53,171 bases of DNA. It comes from an uncultured Clostridia bacterium (GTDB lineage: Bacteria > Bacillota > Clostridia > Oscillospirales > Oscillospiraceae). A model generated the notes under the pieces. It did not search any database. It was not told the origin of the DNA and saw only the letters and a program-made list of their open reading frames with translations. Position 1 is the first letter of the stretch, and each line of letters starts with the position of its first letter. Position numbers and translations under genes: made by a program. Below, piece after piece: positions 1 through 9,722 of the stretch. The DNA lies in contig CAMAZB010000001.1 in assembly GCA_945862785.1 (NCBI GenBank), positions 1 to 53,171 of the forward strand, in the 5' to 3' direction.

Positions 1-60
1 AGGGGCTCACCTTTTGGTGAACTCCTGCGTTCTTCAAGGCTATTTTTTTACAGCCTCCTT

Positions 61-924
61 TTATGGTAACTCCTCCGGTAAAGGCTTGCGGGCATACCGG
101 GCAAGCCTGGAATCGCATACGCCGAGTGTTTTATAATTCTCTCGCCCCTGATTCAGAGTCAGGCCGTGATTTTCATCGCTGGGCTCATCATCGGAGGTGG
201 TAAACAGATCATTCTCCCACATGCATACCGGGCAGATGTACGCCAAGACCCCGGCGGCAGGCATCGGGAAGGTCCGGCAGTCGCAGCAGGGGCAGGGATA
301 TTGGCCGGCGGCAAGCTGAGAAACCGTTGCTGGGGACAGTGTGCCGGGACCTTCTAGAGACCTGCTTTTCGGCAGATACAAAAATTTTTTGCGTCGCTCC
401 TTCGGGAATGCGGTGCTGGGGCTGGACAGCCCCGTTGTGTTGACCCCCTCCAACTGCAGGAGGTACCGCTTGGCGGCGATGCCCCCGGCGTAGCCGGTAA
501 GGCTGCCGTCCGCACCCAGAACGCGGTGGCAGGGGATCAGGATGGAGATGGGATTATGGCCCACAGCGCCGCCCACTGCCTGAGGAGCGGCGGGAATGCC
601 GTTCTCCAGAAGCCTGCGGGCGAGTTCCCCATAAGTAGTGGTCTGCCCATAGGGGATCTCCTGGAGCAGCTTCCATACCGCCTGGCGGAACACGCTGCCC
701 TGAGGCGCCAAAGGCGGCAAGGCAGGGAGGGGGGACCTTTCAAAATAGGCGTTCAACCATTCTGCCGTCTGCCGGAATACCGGAAGCTCCGGCTGCTCTG
801 CGGTATCGCTACCCAAGGAGGCAGTAAAGTATTTCTGCCCCTCCAGCCACAACCCAGTAAGCGCCTGCCCGTCAGAAGCCAGGAGCAAATTTCCCACCGG
901 AGAGGAAATTTTTGTCACATACAT
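61..924 (-). CDS. ogt: Methylated-DNA--protein-cysteine methyltransferase fused to a C-terminal CPCC cysteine-rich domain
   Basis: Starts MYVTKISSPVG after AAAGGCGG; has IPYGQTTTYG and the active-site NPISILIPCHRV; C-terminus has CPCC...CPVCMWEND...TLNQGRENY. Confidence 0.85.
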   Translation of the reverse strand: MYVTKISSPVGNLLLASDGQALTGLWLEGQKYFTASLGSDTAEQPELPVFRQTAEWLNAYFERSPLPALPPLAPQGSVFRQAVWKLLQEIPYGQTTTYGELARRLLENGIPAAPQAVGGAVGHNPISILIPCHRVLGADGSLTGYAGGIAAKRYLLQLEGVNTTGLSSPSTAFPKERRKKFLYLPKSRSLEGPGTLSPATVSQLAAGQYPCPCCDCRTFPMPAAGVLAYICPVCMWENDLFTTSDDEPSDENHGLTLNQGRENYKTLGVCDSRLARYARKPLPEELP

Positions 925-1039
925 AGCCGCACCGCCTTTCTGCCTACCAGTATAGCAGTCCGCACCAACACTTGCAAGCGACGGGAAGTCGTGATACCAT
1001 AGATACAAGGATATATAAAGGTGAAAGGAGACATGCCCG

Positions 1040-1810
1040 ATGCTTCTGGCCATCGACGTGGGCAATTCTACGACCTCCGTGGGGCTGTTTGACAAGGATA
1101 AGAACCTGCGCTTTCTGGCCTCGCTGGATACAGACAGCCGCAAAACCGCTGATCAGATCAGCATTGACCTGATGAACCTGTTTGCACTGTATCATTACAG
1201 TTATACAGATGTAACCGGCGCCATCCTGTGCAGTGTCGTGCCCCCGCTGAATTTTATGATGGAAAAAGCCCTGACCCGTCTGCTGGGCAGACCGCCGATG
1301 GTGGTTGGCCCCGGCGTTCGGACAGGCCTGAACATCCGGCTGACAAACCAGACGCAAGTGGGTGCGGATATCGTGGCCGACGCGGTGGCGGCGCTGGAGA
1401 AGTTCCAACCGCCCATCATCACCATTGACATGGGAACCGCTACCACCATCGGCGTGATCTCCCAGGGCCGCACTTACGAAGGCGGGCTGCTGCTGCCGGG
1501 AGTCAATGTGTCTTTGGAAGCCCTGAGCCGCCGTGCCGCGCAGCTCCCGGACATCTCTTTGCAGCATCCAAAATCTCTCATCGGCAAAAATACAGAAGAT
1601 TGCATGCGCTCCGGTATCGTCTATGGTACCGCCGGGATGCTGGACGGCATCATCGACCGTATCCGGGAGGAGTTCCCGGGCCAGGAGGTCAGCGTAGTGG
1701 CCACCGGCGGCAATGCGCCCGTCATCGTCCGCTACTGCCGGAACTCCATTATTTATGACAAATACCTTCTGATGGAAGGCCTGTGGACCATCTATCAGAA
1801 AAACAAATGA
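1040..1810 (+). CDS. coaX: Type III pantothenate kinase
   Basis: LLAIDVGNS, SVVP, VGAD, IDMGTATT and ATGG motifs; AAAGGAGA RBS. Confidence 0.95.
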   Translation: MLLAIDVGNSTTSVGLFDKDKNLRFLASLDTDSRKTADQISIDLMNLFALYHYSYTDVTGAILCSVVPPLNFMMEKALTRLLGRPPMVVGPGVRTGLNIRLTNQTQVGADIVADAVAALEKFQPPIITIDMGTATTIGVISQGRTYEGGLLLPGVNVSLEALSRRAAQLPDISLQHPKSLIGKNTEDCMRSGIVYGTAGMLDGIIDRIREEFPGQEVSVVATGGNAPVIVRYCRNSIIYDKYLLMEGLWTIYQKNK

Positions 1811-1818
1811 GGAACGGT

Positions 1819-2811
1819 ATGACAGAGATTTACGGCACGCTGGGGCCTGCCTGCGGGGACCGGGCCACACTGGAATCTATGCTCCGCGCCGGTATGACCG
1901 GAATGCGGCTGAATTTATCCCATTGCGACCTGGCAGACAGTGCCTGTATGATCCAGGCGTTTCACGAAGCGGCGAAATCGGCAGGCACTGCGCCTCAGCT
2001 GGTCATTGACATCCAGGGCCCTGAGCTGCGGCTGGGAGACCTGGACGCTCCCAAGGCGCTGCGCCCCGGCACGATGGTCGTGTTTGGGAAAAACGGCATT
2101 CCAGTGCCTGACGTAGTGTTGAACGCCGTGTCTCCCGGCTGTGAGGTCCTTCTGGACGATGGGAAGATATTGCTCTGTGTCACCGCTGCCGGGAATGGCA
2201 GGGCTGAAGCGGAAGTCATCCGGGGAGGGACTCTTACCGGGCGCAAAAGCATCAAGCTGCCGGGAAAGGAACTTCACCTGCCAATCGTTACAGAGCGGGA
2301 CGTGCGGAACCTTCGCCGGGCCGCGGAGTACGGTGTGACGGGCCTGCTGCAGCCTTTTGTTCACAGCGGGGAGGAGCTGCGCCGGCTTCGGACCATCCTG
2401 CGGGAAAACGGTGTGGACCGTTTGACCCTGTTCGCAAAAATCGAAACTCTGGAAGGCGCCGCGCATTTAGCGGACATCCTGCCCCAGGCGGATGTCATCG
2501 TCATCGCCCGGGGAGACCTGGGGAACGATATGCCACTGTGGCATCTGCCGGCCGTGCAGAAGGATATTGCGGCCGCCTGCCGGGCGGCGGGCAAGCCATT
2601 TATCGTCGTGACGCAAATGCTGGCTTCCATGGAGCATTCGCCCGTCCCCACCCGGGCGGAGGTGAGTGACATCTTCAACGCCGTGGCGGACGGAGCCTGG
2701 GGCGTCATGGTCACAGGGGAGACCGCTGTGGGTGAATACCCGGTAGAGGCCATCCGCTATCTCGCCGCCACTACGGAGGACGCCCGCTCCTGGCTGGCTC
2801 AGAAAACATAA
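1819..2811 (+). CDS. pyk: Pyruvate kinase, short form lacking the C-terminal domain
   Basis: GTLGPA, RLNLSH, AKIET, IARGDLG, TQMLASM, PTRAEVSD, GETAVGEYP; only ~330 aa. Confidence 0.88.
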   Translation: MTEIYGTLGPACGDRATLESMLRAGMTGMRLNLSHCDLADSACMIQAFHEAAKSAGTAPQLVIDIQGPELRLGDLDAPKALRPGTMVVFGKNGIPVPDVVLNAVSPGCEVLLDDGKILLCVTAAGNGRAEAEVIRGGTLTGRKSIKLPGKELHLPIVTERDVRNLRRAAEYGVTGLLQPFVHSGEELRRLRTILRENGVDRLTLFAKIETLEGAAHLADILPQADVIVIARGDLGNDMPLWHLPAVQKDIAAACRAAGKPFIVVTQMLASMEHSPVPTRAEVSDIFNAVADGAWGVMVTGETAVGEYPVEAIRYLAATTEDARSWLAQKT

Positions 2812-2848
2812 ACAGCAGCGTGTACCGGTCGGTACACGCTGCTGTTTT
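2810..2848. terminator. Bidirectional intrinsic terminator between convergent pyk and pfk
   Basis: AAACAGCAGCGTGTACC-GGTC-GGTACACGCTGCTGTTTT perfect hairpin. Confidence 0.85.
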
Positions 2849-2865
2849 CCGGTCATAGGATGAGG

Positions 2866-4104
2866 TTACTTTGCCAGAACCTTCTTCAGCTTGGCAAAAC
2901 GGGGCAGGGAATCCTGCTTGGGCAGCTTAGGCTCGCCCTGGATCAGAGGCAGCACATAGTCGATGAAGGGCTTTTCCACGCCGTTGTGAGCAGCGTTGAT
3001 CCACTCCAGGGGGACCTTCTTCTCGGTGTTAGCCACATCGGTCAGATTCAGCAGCTTGGTCTTGCAGACGTACTTGCCATCTTCATAGGTGCGCTCGAAG
3101 CCCACCATCTTGTCGGTGATGCCGTTGACGGCGTTCTCAACAGCGGCCTTACCGGACATATAGGACTCCTCAATATCGGTCTCGGAGGCCAGGTGAGCGC
3201 CGCAGCGCTGCAACAGGCTCAGCTCAATGCCGCGAACCTTGGCGCCAGTCTTCTCCTTGACGATGTTGGCCAGCATAGCGGCCAGGCCGCCCAGCTGAGC
3301 ATGGCCGAAGCCGTCAGTGGCAGATGTCTTGGCCTCGGAGACGAAGGTGCCGTCGGCGTAGTGGATGCCCTCGGACACGGCCACCATGCAGTTGCCCTTC
3401 TCTTTGTAAATGCGGTCCACGTCAGCCAGGAAGGCGTCCATATCGAAGTCCACCTCGGGCAGATACACCAGGTCGGGACCGGCACCGTAAGCGGTAGCCA
3501 GGGCGGCAGCGCCGGCCAGCCAGCCGGCGTGACGGCCCATGATCTCGATGATGCAGACCATGCCGGTGTCGTACACGCGGGCGTCCTGATAGACCTCCAT
3601 GCAGCTGGTAGCGATGTACTTGGCGGCGGAGGCGAAGCCGGGGCAGTGGTCGGTGCCATACAGATCGTTGTCGATGGTCTTGGGCACGCCCATTACGCGG
3701 CACTCATAGCCCACCTTCTGCATATACTTGGAGATCTTGTTGCAGGTGTCCATGGAGTCGTTGCCGCCGTTGTAGAAGAAATAGCGGACATTGTACTTCT
3801 TGAAGATCTCCAGAATGCGCTTGTAATCGGTATCATCCACATCGGGATCGGCCATCTTGTAACGGCAGGAGCCCAGCGCGGAAGAGGGAGTATACTTCAG
3901 CAGCTCCAGCTCGGCGGGATCTTCTTCGCCCATATCGAACAGGCGGTCGTTCAGCACGCCCTTAATGCCGTGCTCAGCGCCCAGCACGCGGGTGATATTG
4001 GGATTTTTCAGCGCGGTATCGATGACACCGTACACACTGGCATTGATCACGGAAGTAGGACCGCCGGACTGCCCGACGATGCATGCGCCTTTCAGCTCAC
4101 TCAT
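2866..4104 (-). CDS. pfkA: 6-phosphofructokinase, probably PPi-dependent
   Basis: GQSGGP, GGNDS (Asp at the ATP/PPi discriminating site), PKTIDND, EIMGRHAGW. Confidence 0.9.
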   Translation of the reverse strand: MSELKGACIVGQSGGPTSVINASVYGVIDTALKNPNITRVLGAEHGIKGVLNDRLFDMGEEDPAELELLKYTPSSALGSCRYKMADPDVDDTDYKRILEIFKKYNVRYFFYNGGNDSMDTCNKISKYMQKVGYECRVMGVPKTIDNDLYGTDHCPGFASAAKYIATSCMEVYQDARVYDTGMVCIIEIMGRHAGWLAGAAALATAYGAGPDLVYLPEVDFDMDAFLADVDRIYKEKGNCMVAVSEGIHYADGTFVSEAKTSATDGFGHAQLGGLAAMLANIVKEKTGAKVRGIELSLLQRCGAHLASETDIEESYMSGKAAVENAVNGITDKMVGFERTYEDGKYVCKTKLLNLTDVANTEKKVPLEWINAAHNGVEKPFIDYVLPLIQGEPKLPKQDSLPRFAKLKKVLAK

Positions 4105-4344
4105 GGGAAAAAGCCTCCTCAAAAAATGTGTTGGTTTTCTGTGGGAAAATTAGCGTACTTATCATATCATTGAAAAAAAGAATTGTAAATACTTGCAATT
4201 TAATTTTTTTATGATATTATCTTAGAAGAAAATCGTTTTCGTCCATTTGAATAAACGGATTTGACAATCTGTTAACAACCCCTCTCCGGCGTTCCCGCCA
4301 ATGGGGCAGATGGACGGAACAATTAAGAATAGGAGTGAATCATT

Positions 4345-5313
4345 ATGGCACTGGTTACCACTACCGAGATGTTCAAGAAAGCCTATGACGGCGGCTACGC
4401 TGTCGGCGCTTTCAACGTCAACAACATGGAGATTGTCCAGGGCATCACCGAGGCTGCTCAGGAACTGAAGGCCCCCCTGATCCTGCAGGTTTCCAAGGGC
4501 GCCCGCGCCTACGCCAACCACACCTACCTGGTGAAGCTGGTGGAGGCTGCTGTCATCGAGTGCCCCGACATCCCCATCGCCCTGCACCTGGACCACGGCC
4601 CTGATTTCGAGACCTGCAAGGCCTGCATCGACGGCGGTTTCACCTCCGTTATGATCGACGCCTCCAGCAAGCCCTTCGCCGAGAACATCGAGATCACCAA
4701 GAAGGTCGTGGAGTACGCCCATGACCACGGCGTGGTGGTCGAGGCTGAGCTGGGCACCCTGGCCGGCATCGAGGATGATGTCAAGGTCGCTTCCGATGCC
4801 GCTTCCTACACCCGTCCCGAGGAGGTCGAGGAGTTCGTGTCCAAGACCGGCTGCGACTCTCTGGCCATCGCCATCGGCACCAGCCACGGCGCTTACAAGT
4901 TCACCGCCGCCCAGTGCACCCGCAATGAGAAGGGCATCCTGGTTCCGCCTCCCCTGCGCTTCGACGTGCTGGAAGAGGTCTCCAAGCGCCTGCCCGGCTT
5001 CCCCATCGTGCTGCATGGTTCTTCCTCCGTGCCTCAGGACTTCGTGAAGACCATCAACGAGCACGGCGGCAAGATGCCCGACGCCGTCGGTATCCCTGAG
5101 GAGCAGCTGCGCCACGCTGCCGAGCTGTCCGTCTGTAAGATCAACATCGACTCTGACCTGCGTCTGGCCATGACCGCCACCATCCGTCAGTACTTCGATG
5201 AGCATCCCGGCGACTTCGATCCCCGTCAGTATCTGAAGCCCGCCCGTGCTGCCATCAAGGCCATGGTTGCTCACAAGATCGTGGACGTTCTGGGCTGTGA
5301 TCACAAGGCCTGA
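4345..5313 (+). CDS. fba: Class II fructose-1,6-bisphosphate aldolase
   Basis: LHLDHG, SVMIDAS, EAELG, GTSHG, VLHGSS, KINID; strong codon bias. Confidence 0.95.
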   Translation: MALVTTTEMFKKAYDGGYAVGAFNVNNMEIVQGITEAAQELKAPLILQVSKGARAYANHTYLVKLVEAAVIECPDIPIALHLDHGPDFETCKACIDGGFTSVMIDASSKPFAENIEITKKVVEYAHDHGVVVEAELGTLAGIEDDVKVASDAASYTRPEEVEEFVSKTGCDSLAIAIGTSHGAYKFTAAQCTRNEKGILVPPPLRFDVLEEVSKRLPGFPIVLHGSSSVPQDFVKTINEHGGKMPDAVGIPEEQLRHAAELSVCKINIDSDLRLAMTATIRQYFDEHPGDFDPRQYLKPARAAIKAMVAHKIVDVLGCDHKA

Positions 5314-5329
5314 ACCCCTACATGTTATC

Positions 5330-5367
5330 AAAAAACCGGAGACGCTTCTGCGTCTCCGGTTTTTTTG
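5330..5367 (+). terminator. Intrinsic terminator of fba
   Basis: AAAAAACCGGAGACGC-TTCT-GCGTCTCCGGTTTTTTT. Confidence 0.85.
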
Positions 5368-5428
5368 TCGCGCGATCCGAAAAGCCGCATAGAATGAAAT
5401 AGAATGAAAGGGAAAGGGGAGGGGAGAT

Positions 5429-5932
5429 ATGCGCTTTTTGCAGGACTACGACCGTACAGCGGCGGTCATGTACGCACACCAGTGGGCCTATGGCCGGAAT
5501 CCAGCCTATTACGACTACGAAAAGCTGGGAGGGGACTGCACCAACTTTGCGTCCCAGTGTATTTTCGCAGGCAGCGGCATCATGAACTTCACGCCAACCT
5601 TTGGCTGGTATTACATCGACGCCAACCAGAAAGCCCCCGCCTGGACCGGGGTCATGTACCTCTGGAACTTCCTCACCCGAAAGGGCTTTTCCGTAGGGCC
5701 GGTAGGGGAGCCATGCCGTCTGGAGGACCTGCGCCCCGGCGATATCGTACAGCTCTCCTTCAAAGGTACAGACTTTCAGCACTCGCCGGTGGTGGTATCT
5801 GTCGGCGCGGTGCCTACGCTGGAAAACACCCTGGTGGCCGCCCACAGCTACGACGCCGACAACCGTCCGCTGTCTACCTACGAGTTCCGGGATATCCGGT
5901 ATCTGCATATTACCGGTACTGTGCGGCCGTAG
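5429..5932 (+). CDS. Amidase_6 (YhbB-like) domain protein
   Basis: YDRTAAVMYAHQWA, GGDCTNFASQC, PGDIVQ, H and AAHS motifs. Confidence 0.8.
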   Translation: MRFLQDYDRTAAVMYAHQWAYGRNPAYYDYEKLGGDCTNFASQCIFAGSGIMNFTPTFGWYYIDANQKAPAWTGVMYLWNFLTRKGFSVGPVGEPCRLEDLRPGDIVQLSFKGTDFQHSPVVVSVGAVPTLENTLVAAHSYDADNRPLSTYEFRDIRYLHITGTVRP

Positions 5933-5963
5933 CCTAGATGTAAGGATTTTGCGAATTCTCTAT

Positions 5964-6012
5964 AAAATGCCCCCTGTGCAGGTAGTTTTATCTCCTACAC
6001 AGGGGGCATTTT
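5964..6012. terminator. Bidirectional terminator between the amidase and recombinase genes
   Basis: AAAATGCCCCCTGTG...CACAGGGGGCATTTT inverted repeat. Confidence 0.75.
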
Positions 6013-6050
6013 CTTCATGTTTCTTTTGCTGATCCACTTTCGGATTTTTT

Positions 6051-7070
6051 TCATGTCGTTTCCGGAGGTTTCTTCGATTTTTTAACCCGTGACAAGGGAT
6101 TTGCCTTTGCAGCAACCCGCAGGGATTCATTGTCAATATGCGTATAAATTTCTGTGGTATTCAAATGGTCATGACCCAGGACCTCCTGAACCGCACGGAC
6201 ATCCACACCGTTTTGCAGCATCAGTGTGGCGGCTGTGTGCCGCAGCTTGTGGGAAGAATACTGGGCGCTGTCGATCCCGGCTTCACCCAGACGCTTTTTC
6301 ACCATGGCGTGGACCGTAGAACGGCTGATGCGCTCGTTCTGGGCCGATAAAAACAGGGCGTTGGCGTCCCGGCCCTGAATTGGCCGCCGGACGGCCAGCC
6401 AGCGTTTCAAAGCATCCTGGCAGGCGTCGTTCAGGTAAATGATGCGGACCTTGTTGCCTTTACCCAGCACCCGCAGAGCGTCGTCCTGAATATCATTCAG
6501 GTTCAGGCCAACCAGCTCGCTGATTCGCAGTCCGCAATTAAGGAACAATGTTAATATACAATAGTCGCGTTCCTGGTTTTTGCCATCCACAGACTCCAAA
6601 AGCTGCAAACTTTCATTCAAAGTCAGGTATTTTGGCAACGATTTCTTCAATTTTGGAGAATCGATATCTTTGACAGGATTTTCACGAAGTAGGTGCATCT
6701 TATTGGTCAGATAGTTATAAAACGACCGGATGGTGGCAATTTTGCGGGCCCGCGAGGCGGCGTTGAGGCCGTAATCGGAATTCGGGCTGTTCTGGTGCTG
6801 GATACGGTCGCGGCTGAGATAAGTCATATAACCGTAGATATCCGTCAGCGTCACAGACGATACAAAATCCAGATCCACATCCATGATGTCGATTTCATCC
6901 AGAGCCTTGCCGGCCAGCGCGGGATTGCGGATCTGTTTCATGTAGCGGAAGAAATTACGCAGATCAAGGAAGTATTCGTCGACCGTACGCTTGGAATGTG
7001 CTTTGATGTTTTCGTGGTAAGACAGGAAATCCCGCAGGATCTGCGGCGCTTCAGTGCGGTAATCATTCAT
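6051..7070 (-). CDS. Tyrosine recombinase, XerC-like
   Basis: GLRISEL, GKGNKVR, HKLRHTAAT and LGHDHLNTTEIYTH (R-K-H-R-H-Y); SAM-like N-terminus. Confidence 0.88.
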   Translation of the reverse strand: MNDYRTEAPQILRDFLSYHENIKAHSKRTVDEYFLDLRNFFRYMKQIRNPALAGKALDEIDIMDVDLDFVSSVTLTDIYGYMTYLSRDRIQHQNSPNSDYGLNAASRARKIATIRSFYNYLTNKMHLLRENPVKDIDSPKLKKSLPKYLTLNESLQLLESVDGKNQERDYCILTLFLNCGLRISELVGLNLNDIQDDALRVLGKGNKVRIIYLNDACQDALKRWLAVRRPIQGRDANALFLSAQNERISRSTVHAMVKKRLGEAGIDSAQYSSHKLRHTAATLMLQNGVDVRAVQEVLGHDHLNTTEIYTHIDNESLRVAAKANPLSRVKKSKKPPETT

Positions 7071-7188
7071 ATCGGATAGAAACCACCGGGTGTGGACAGC
7101 AGGTCATTCGCAGCCGCAGAATCGCTGGAAACCGGTCAATAACCGATTCAAAAGCGGCCTTAGCGGATATGGACCGTTTTACGCTCCC

Positions 7189-7224
7189 CTAAATTGAACA
7201 AAATTTTTATTTTGTTCAATTTAG
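7189..7224. repeat. Perfect 16-bp-arm inverted repeat upstream of the XerC-like gene
   Basis: CTAAATTGAACAAAAT-TTTT-ATTTTGTTCAATTTAG. Confidence 0.9.
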
Positions 7225-7333
7225 ACTATGGTCTCAAAACCTCCTCTCTCTGGACTCTAATACGGCGCCAGACATAAAAGCGGCGTTCCGGCGCAAAATA
7301 ACGGTGAAAACAAATTGGAACGGAGGATTATTT

Positions 7334-7555
7334 ATGAGCCTGATCCCCTGTACCAGCAAATGTGTGTATCAATCTGACGGCGTCTGTACGCTGGACAGCG
7401 CCGCTGCCGCCGGCCAACCGTCTCTGGGCGGTGCCTGCATCCATTTCATTCCGACGGACGCAAAGCGGCTCGGATCGCCTCACCGATATTCCGAGCCGGG
7501 ATCAGATCCAGATTGGGATATCGCCGCAAATCTCCCGCCCGATGGGCTGGAATAA
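7334..7555 (+). CDS. Small Cys-rich hypothetical protein
   Basis: GGAGGA RBS; MSLIPCTSKCVYQSDGVCTL...CIHF; 3' end overlaps radA. Confidence 0.6.
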   Translation: MSLIPCTSKCVYQSDGVCTLDSAAAAGQPSLGGACIHFIPTDAKRLGSPHRYSEPGSDPDWDIAANLPPDGLE

Positions 7556-8816
7556 CACACTTTCGGAAGCCCAGCCGCTGCACCTCGGAAATGCGCTGCT
7601 CCAGTTGGTTGACGGTACGCAGCTCTCCTGTCAAGCCTACTTCCCCGATGGCCACCAGATCATTGGGCACAGGCTTGTCCAGATAACTGGATGCCAGAGC
7701 CACGATGGCTGCCAGGTCGGCGGCAGGCTCGTCCAGATACAGTCCGCCGATAATATTGATGTATGCGTCACAGGCGGACACTTTAAGCCCCCCACGTTTT
7801 TCCAGCACAGCCAGCAGCATAGCCGCACGGTTGTAGTCAAATCCGTTGCTGGTCCGGCGGGGATTGCCGGACGAGGAAGTCACCACCAATGCCTGGATCT
7901 CCGCCAGAACGGGTCGCATGCCCTCCATCACACAGGCCACGCAAGTGCCCGGCGCGTCATCGGGGCGGCCGGACAACAGCATTTCCGACGGATTTTCCAC
8001 CTCCGCCAGGCCCTCGTTCCGCATCTCAAAGACGCCGATCTCGTTGGTGGCGCCGAAGCGGTTTTTCGCCGCCCGCAGGATGCGGTAGGACGTGTGTTGG
8101 TCTCCCTCAAAGTACAGCACACAGTCCACCATATGTTCCAGTACCTTGGGGCCCGCGATAGAACCCTCCTTATTGACATGGCCGATGACGAACACGGTAA
8201 TGCCCCGGCCTTTGGCAAGCTGCATCAGCGCCATGGTACAGTCTTTTACCTGGCTGACGCTGCCCGCCGGTGAATCCAGTGCGTCGTTGTATAGCGTCTG
8301 AATAGAGTCCACGATCAGCACATCCGGCTTTTCCTCTTCCACGGACTCCAGCAGATCGCCCAGGCTAGTCTCAGAAATCACATACAGGCTGTCACTGTCC
8401 ACGCACAGACGTTTTGCACGCAATTTCAGCTGATGCTCAGATTCCTCACCGGATACATATAAAACCTTGGAAAATTCACACAATTTGCTGCAAATTTGCA
8501 GCATCAGCGTGGATTTTCCGATACCCGGGGCGCCGCCCACCAGCACCAGGGAGCCCTTGACGGCTCCCCCGCCCAGTACCCGGTCCAGCTCCCCCATGCC
8601 GGTGGGAAAGCGAATTTCCTCATCGGTTTTCAGCTCTGTGACCGGGCAGGCCCTGCGGACACTGCCGATGCGGACAGACTTACCGCTTCGGGCAGGCTTT
8701 GCCGCTTCCGGCTGCTCTACGATGGTGTTCCAGGCGCCGCAGGCGGGGCACTTCCCCGCCCATTTTGCCGTTTCGTTGCCGCATTCTGTGCAGTAAAACA
8801 TCGTCTTTTGTTTCAT
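7446..8816 (-). CDS. radA: DNA repair protein RadA/Sms
   Basis: CTECG...CPAC zinc finger, GAPGIGKST, KNRFG, Lon-like C-terminus. Confidence 0.96.
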   Translation of the reverse strand: MKQKTMFYCTECGNETAKWAGKCPACGAWNTIVEQPEAAKPARSGKSVRIGSVRRACPVTELKTDEEIRFPTGMGELDRVLGGGAVKGSLVLVGGAPGIGKSTLMLQICSKLCEFSKVLYVSGEESEHQLKLRAKRLCVDSDSLYVISETSLGDLLESVEEEKPDVLIVDSIQTLYNDALDSPAGSVSQVKDCTMALMQLAKGRGITVFVIGHVNKEGSIAGPKVLEHMVDCVLYFEGDQHTSYRILRAAKNRFGATNEIGVFEMRNEGLAEVENPSEMLLSGRPDDAPGTCVACVMEGMRPVLAEIQALVVTSSSGNPRRTSNGFDYNRAAMLLAVLEKRGGLKVSACDAYINIIGGLYLDEPAADLAAIVALASSYLDKPVPNDLVAIGEVGLTGELRTVNQLEQRISEVQRLGFRKCVIPAHRAGDLRRYPNLDLIPARNIGEAIRAALRPSE

Positions 8817-9559
8817 GGTGCTTCCCCTTCGGATATGCCGCGCAGATACCCGGCAGTAATGGATACCGCCAGTCCGCGCTGATATGTTTCGTCCTGCAGC
8901 AGTGTCGTTTCCTCCCTGTTCGTGAGGAATCCGCACTCCACCAGCACTGCCGGTACGGTCACATGCTTCATCAGATAGACCGTGGACGGGATACGTTTCG
9001 TATGCTTCTCGTTTCCCACATTCACGGTACTGTTCAGAGCGGTTTGGATGACCTCGGCCAATTCCTCCGCCCCCTCCTGCTGATTCCAGAACACCTGGGC
9101 ACCATGGGTCACCGGGGACGACGGCAGGCTGTTCTGATGGATGCTCAGCAGAACTGCATTTTCAGTTTCCGCAACCATGTTGACCCGGTTGCGGATGTCG
9201 GAGGCCTTGCGCTCCCGAATGGTTCCCAAGCCTTCGTCACAGATGGTGACGTCCTCCTCCCGAGTCATCACCGTCCGCTGTCCGGCAAAACGTAGCAGGT
9301 CCCGGACCTGTTTGGACACAGCCAGGTTGATATGACTCTCCGCCACACCGCCGGAAGACACTGCGCCCCCGTCTTCTCCGCCGTGGCCGGGATCAATGAC
9401 CACCGTGACAGGCGTTTCCGCGCGGGCAGAAAATACGGAGACGGCAGGCAGTTCTCCCGCCAGGAGATGGAACACACAGGCGGCGCATAGGAACCCGCCG
9501 CAGCAGAGCAGCGCCTTTCGCAGATCGGTTTTCCTTATCAAAAAGATCACAGACAACAC
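8813..9559 (-). CDS. cwlD: N-acetylmuramoyl-L-alanine amidase (Amidase_3), CwlD-like
   Basis: N-terminal anchor, IDPGHGGEDGGA, SIHQN, VECGFLTN; SigE-like promoter upstream. Confidence 0.75.
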   Translation of the reverse strand: MLSVIFLIRKTDLRKALLCCGGFLCAACVFHLLAGELPAVSVFSARAETPVTVVIDPGHGGEDGGAVSSGGVAESHINLAVSKQVRDLLRFAGQRTVMTREEDVTICDEGLGTIRERKASDIRNRVNMVAETENAVLLSIHQNSLPSSPVTHGAQVFWNQQEGAEELAEVIQTALNSTVNVGNEKHTKRIPSTVYLMKHVTVPAVLVECGFLTNREETTLLQDETYQRGLAVSITAGYLRGISEGEAP

Positions 9560-9567
9560 CCCTAAAC

Positions 9568-9597
9568 AGGGTATGGTCCAACGCTTATCCCATATGC
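9568..9597 (-). promoter_or_regulatory. Putative SigE promoter of the amidase gene
   Basis: Minus strand GCATATG-N15-CATACCCT resembles the SigE consensus. Confidence 0.5.
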
Positions 9598-9722
9598 CTG
9601 ATTATAGCGGTTTCGCGCTTTGAAATCAAGGGCAGGCTCGTATCCGGAGTCTGATGCATAGGATGGCGTGAGCGCACGGTGCGCCCGTGCGCTATTCTTT
9701 CCAAAGGAGGTATTCCGCTTCA

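Noticed and set aside
6051-7070. Recombinase as a prophage or ICE integrase
   Set aside because: Flanked by core genes, no att or cargo, and Xer-sized without an arm-binding domain
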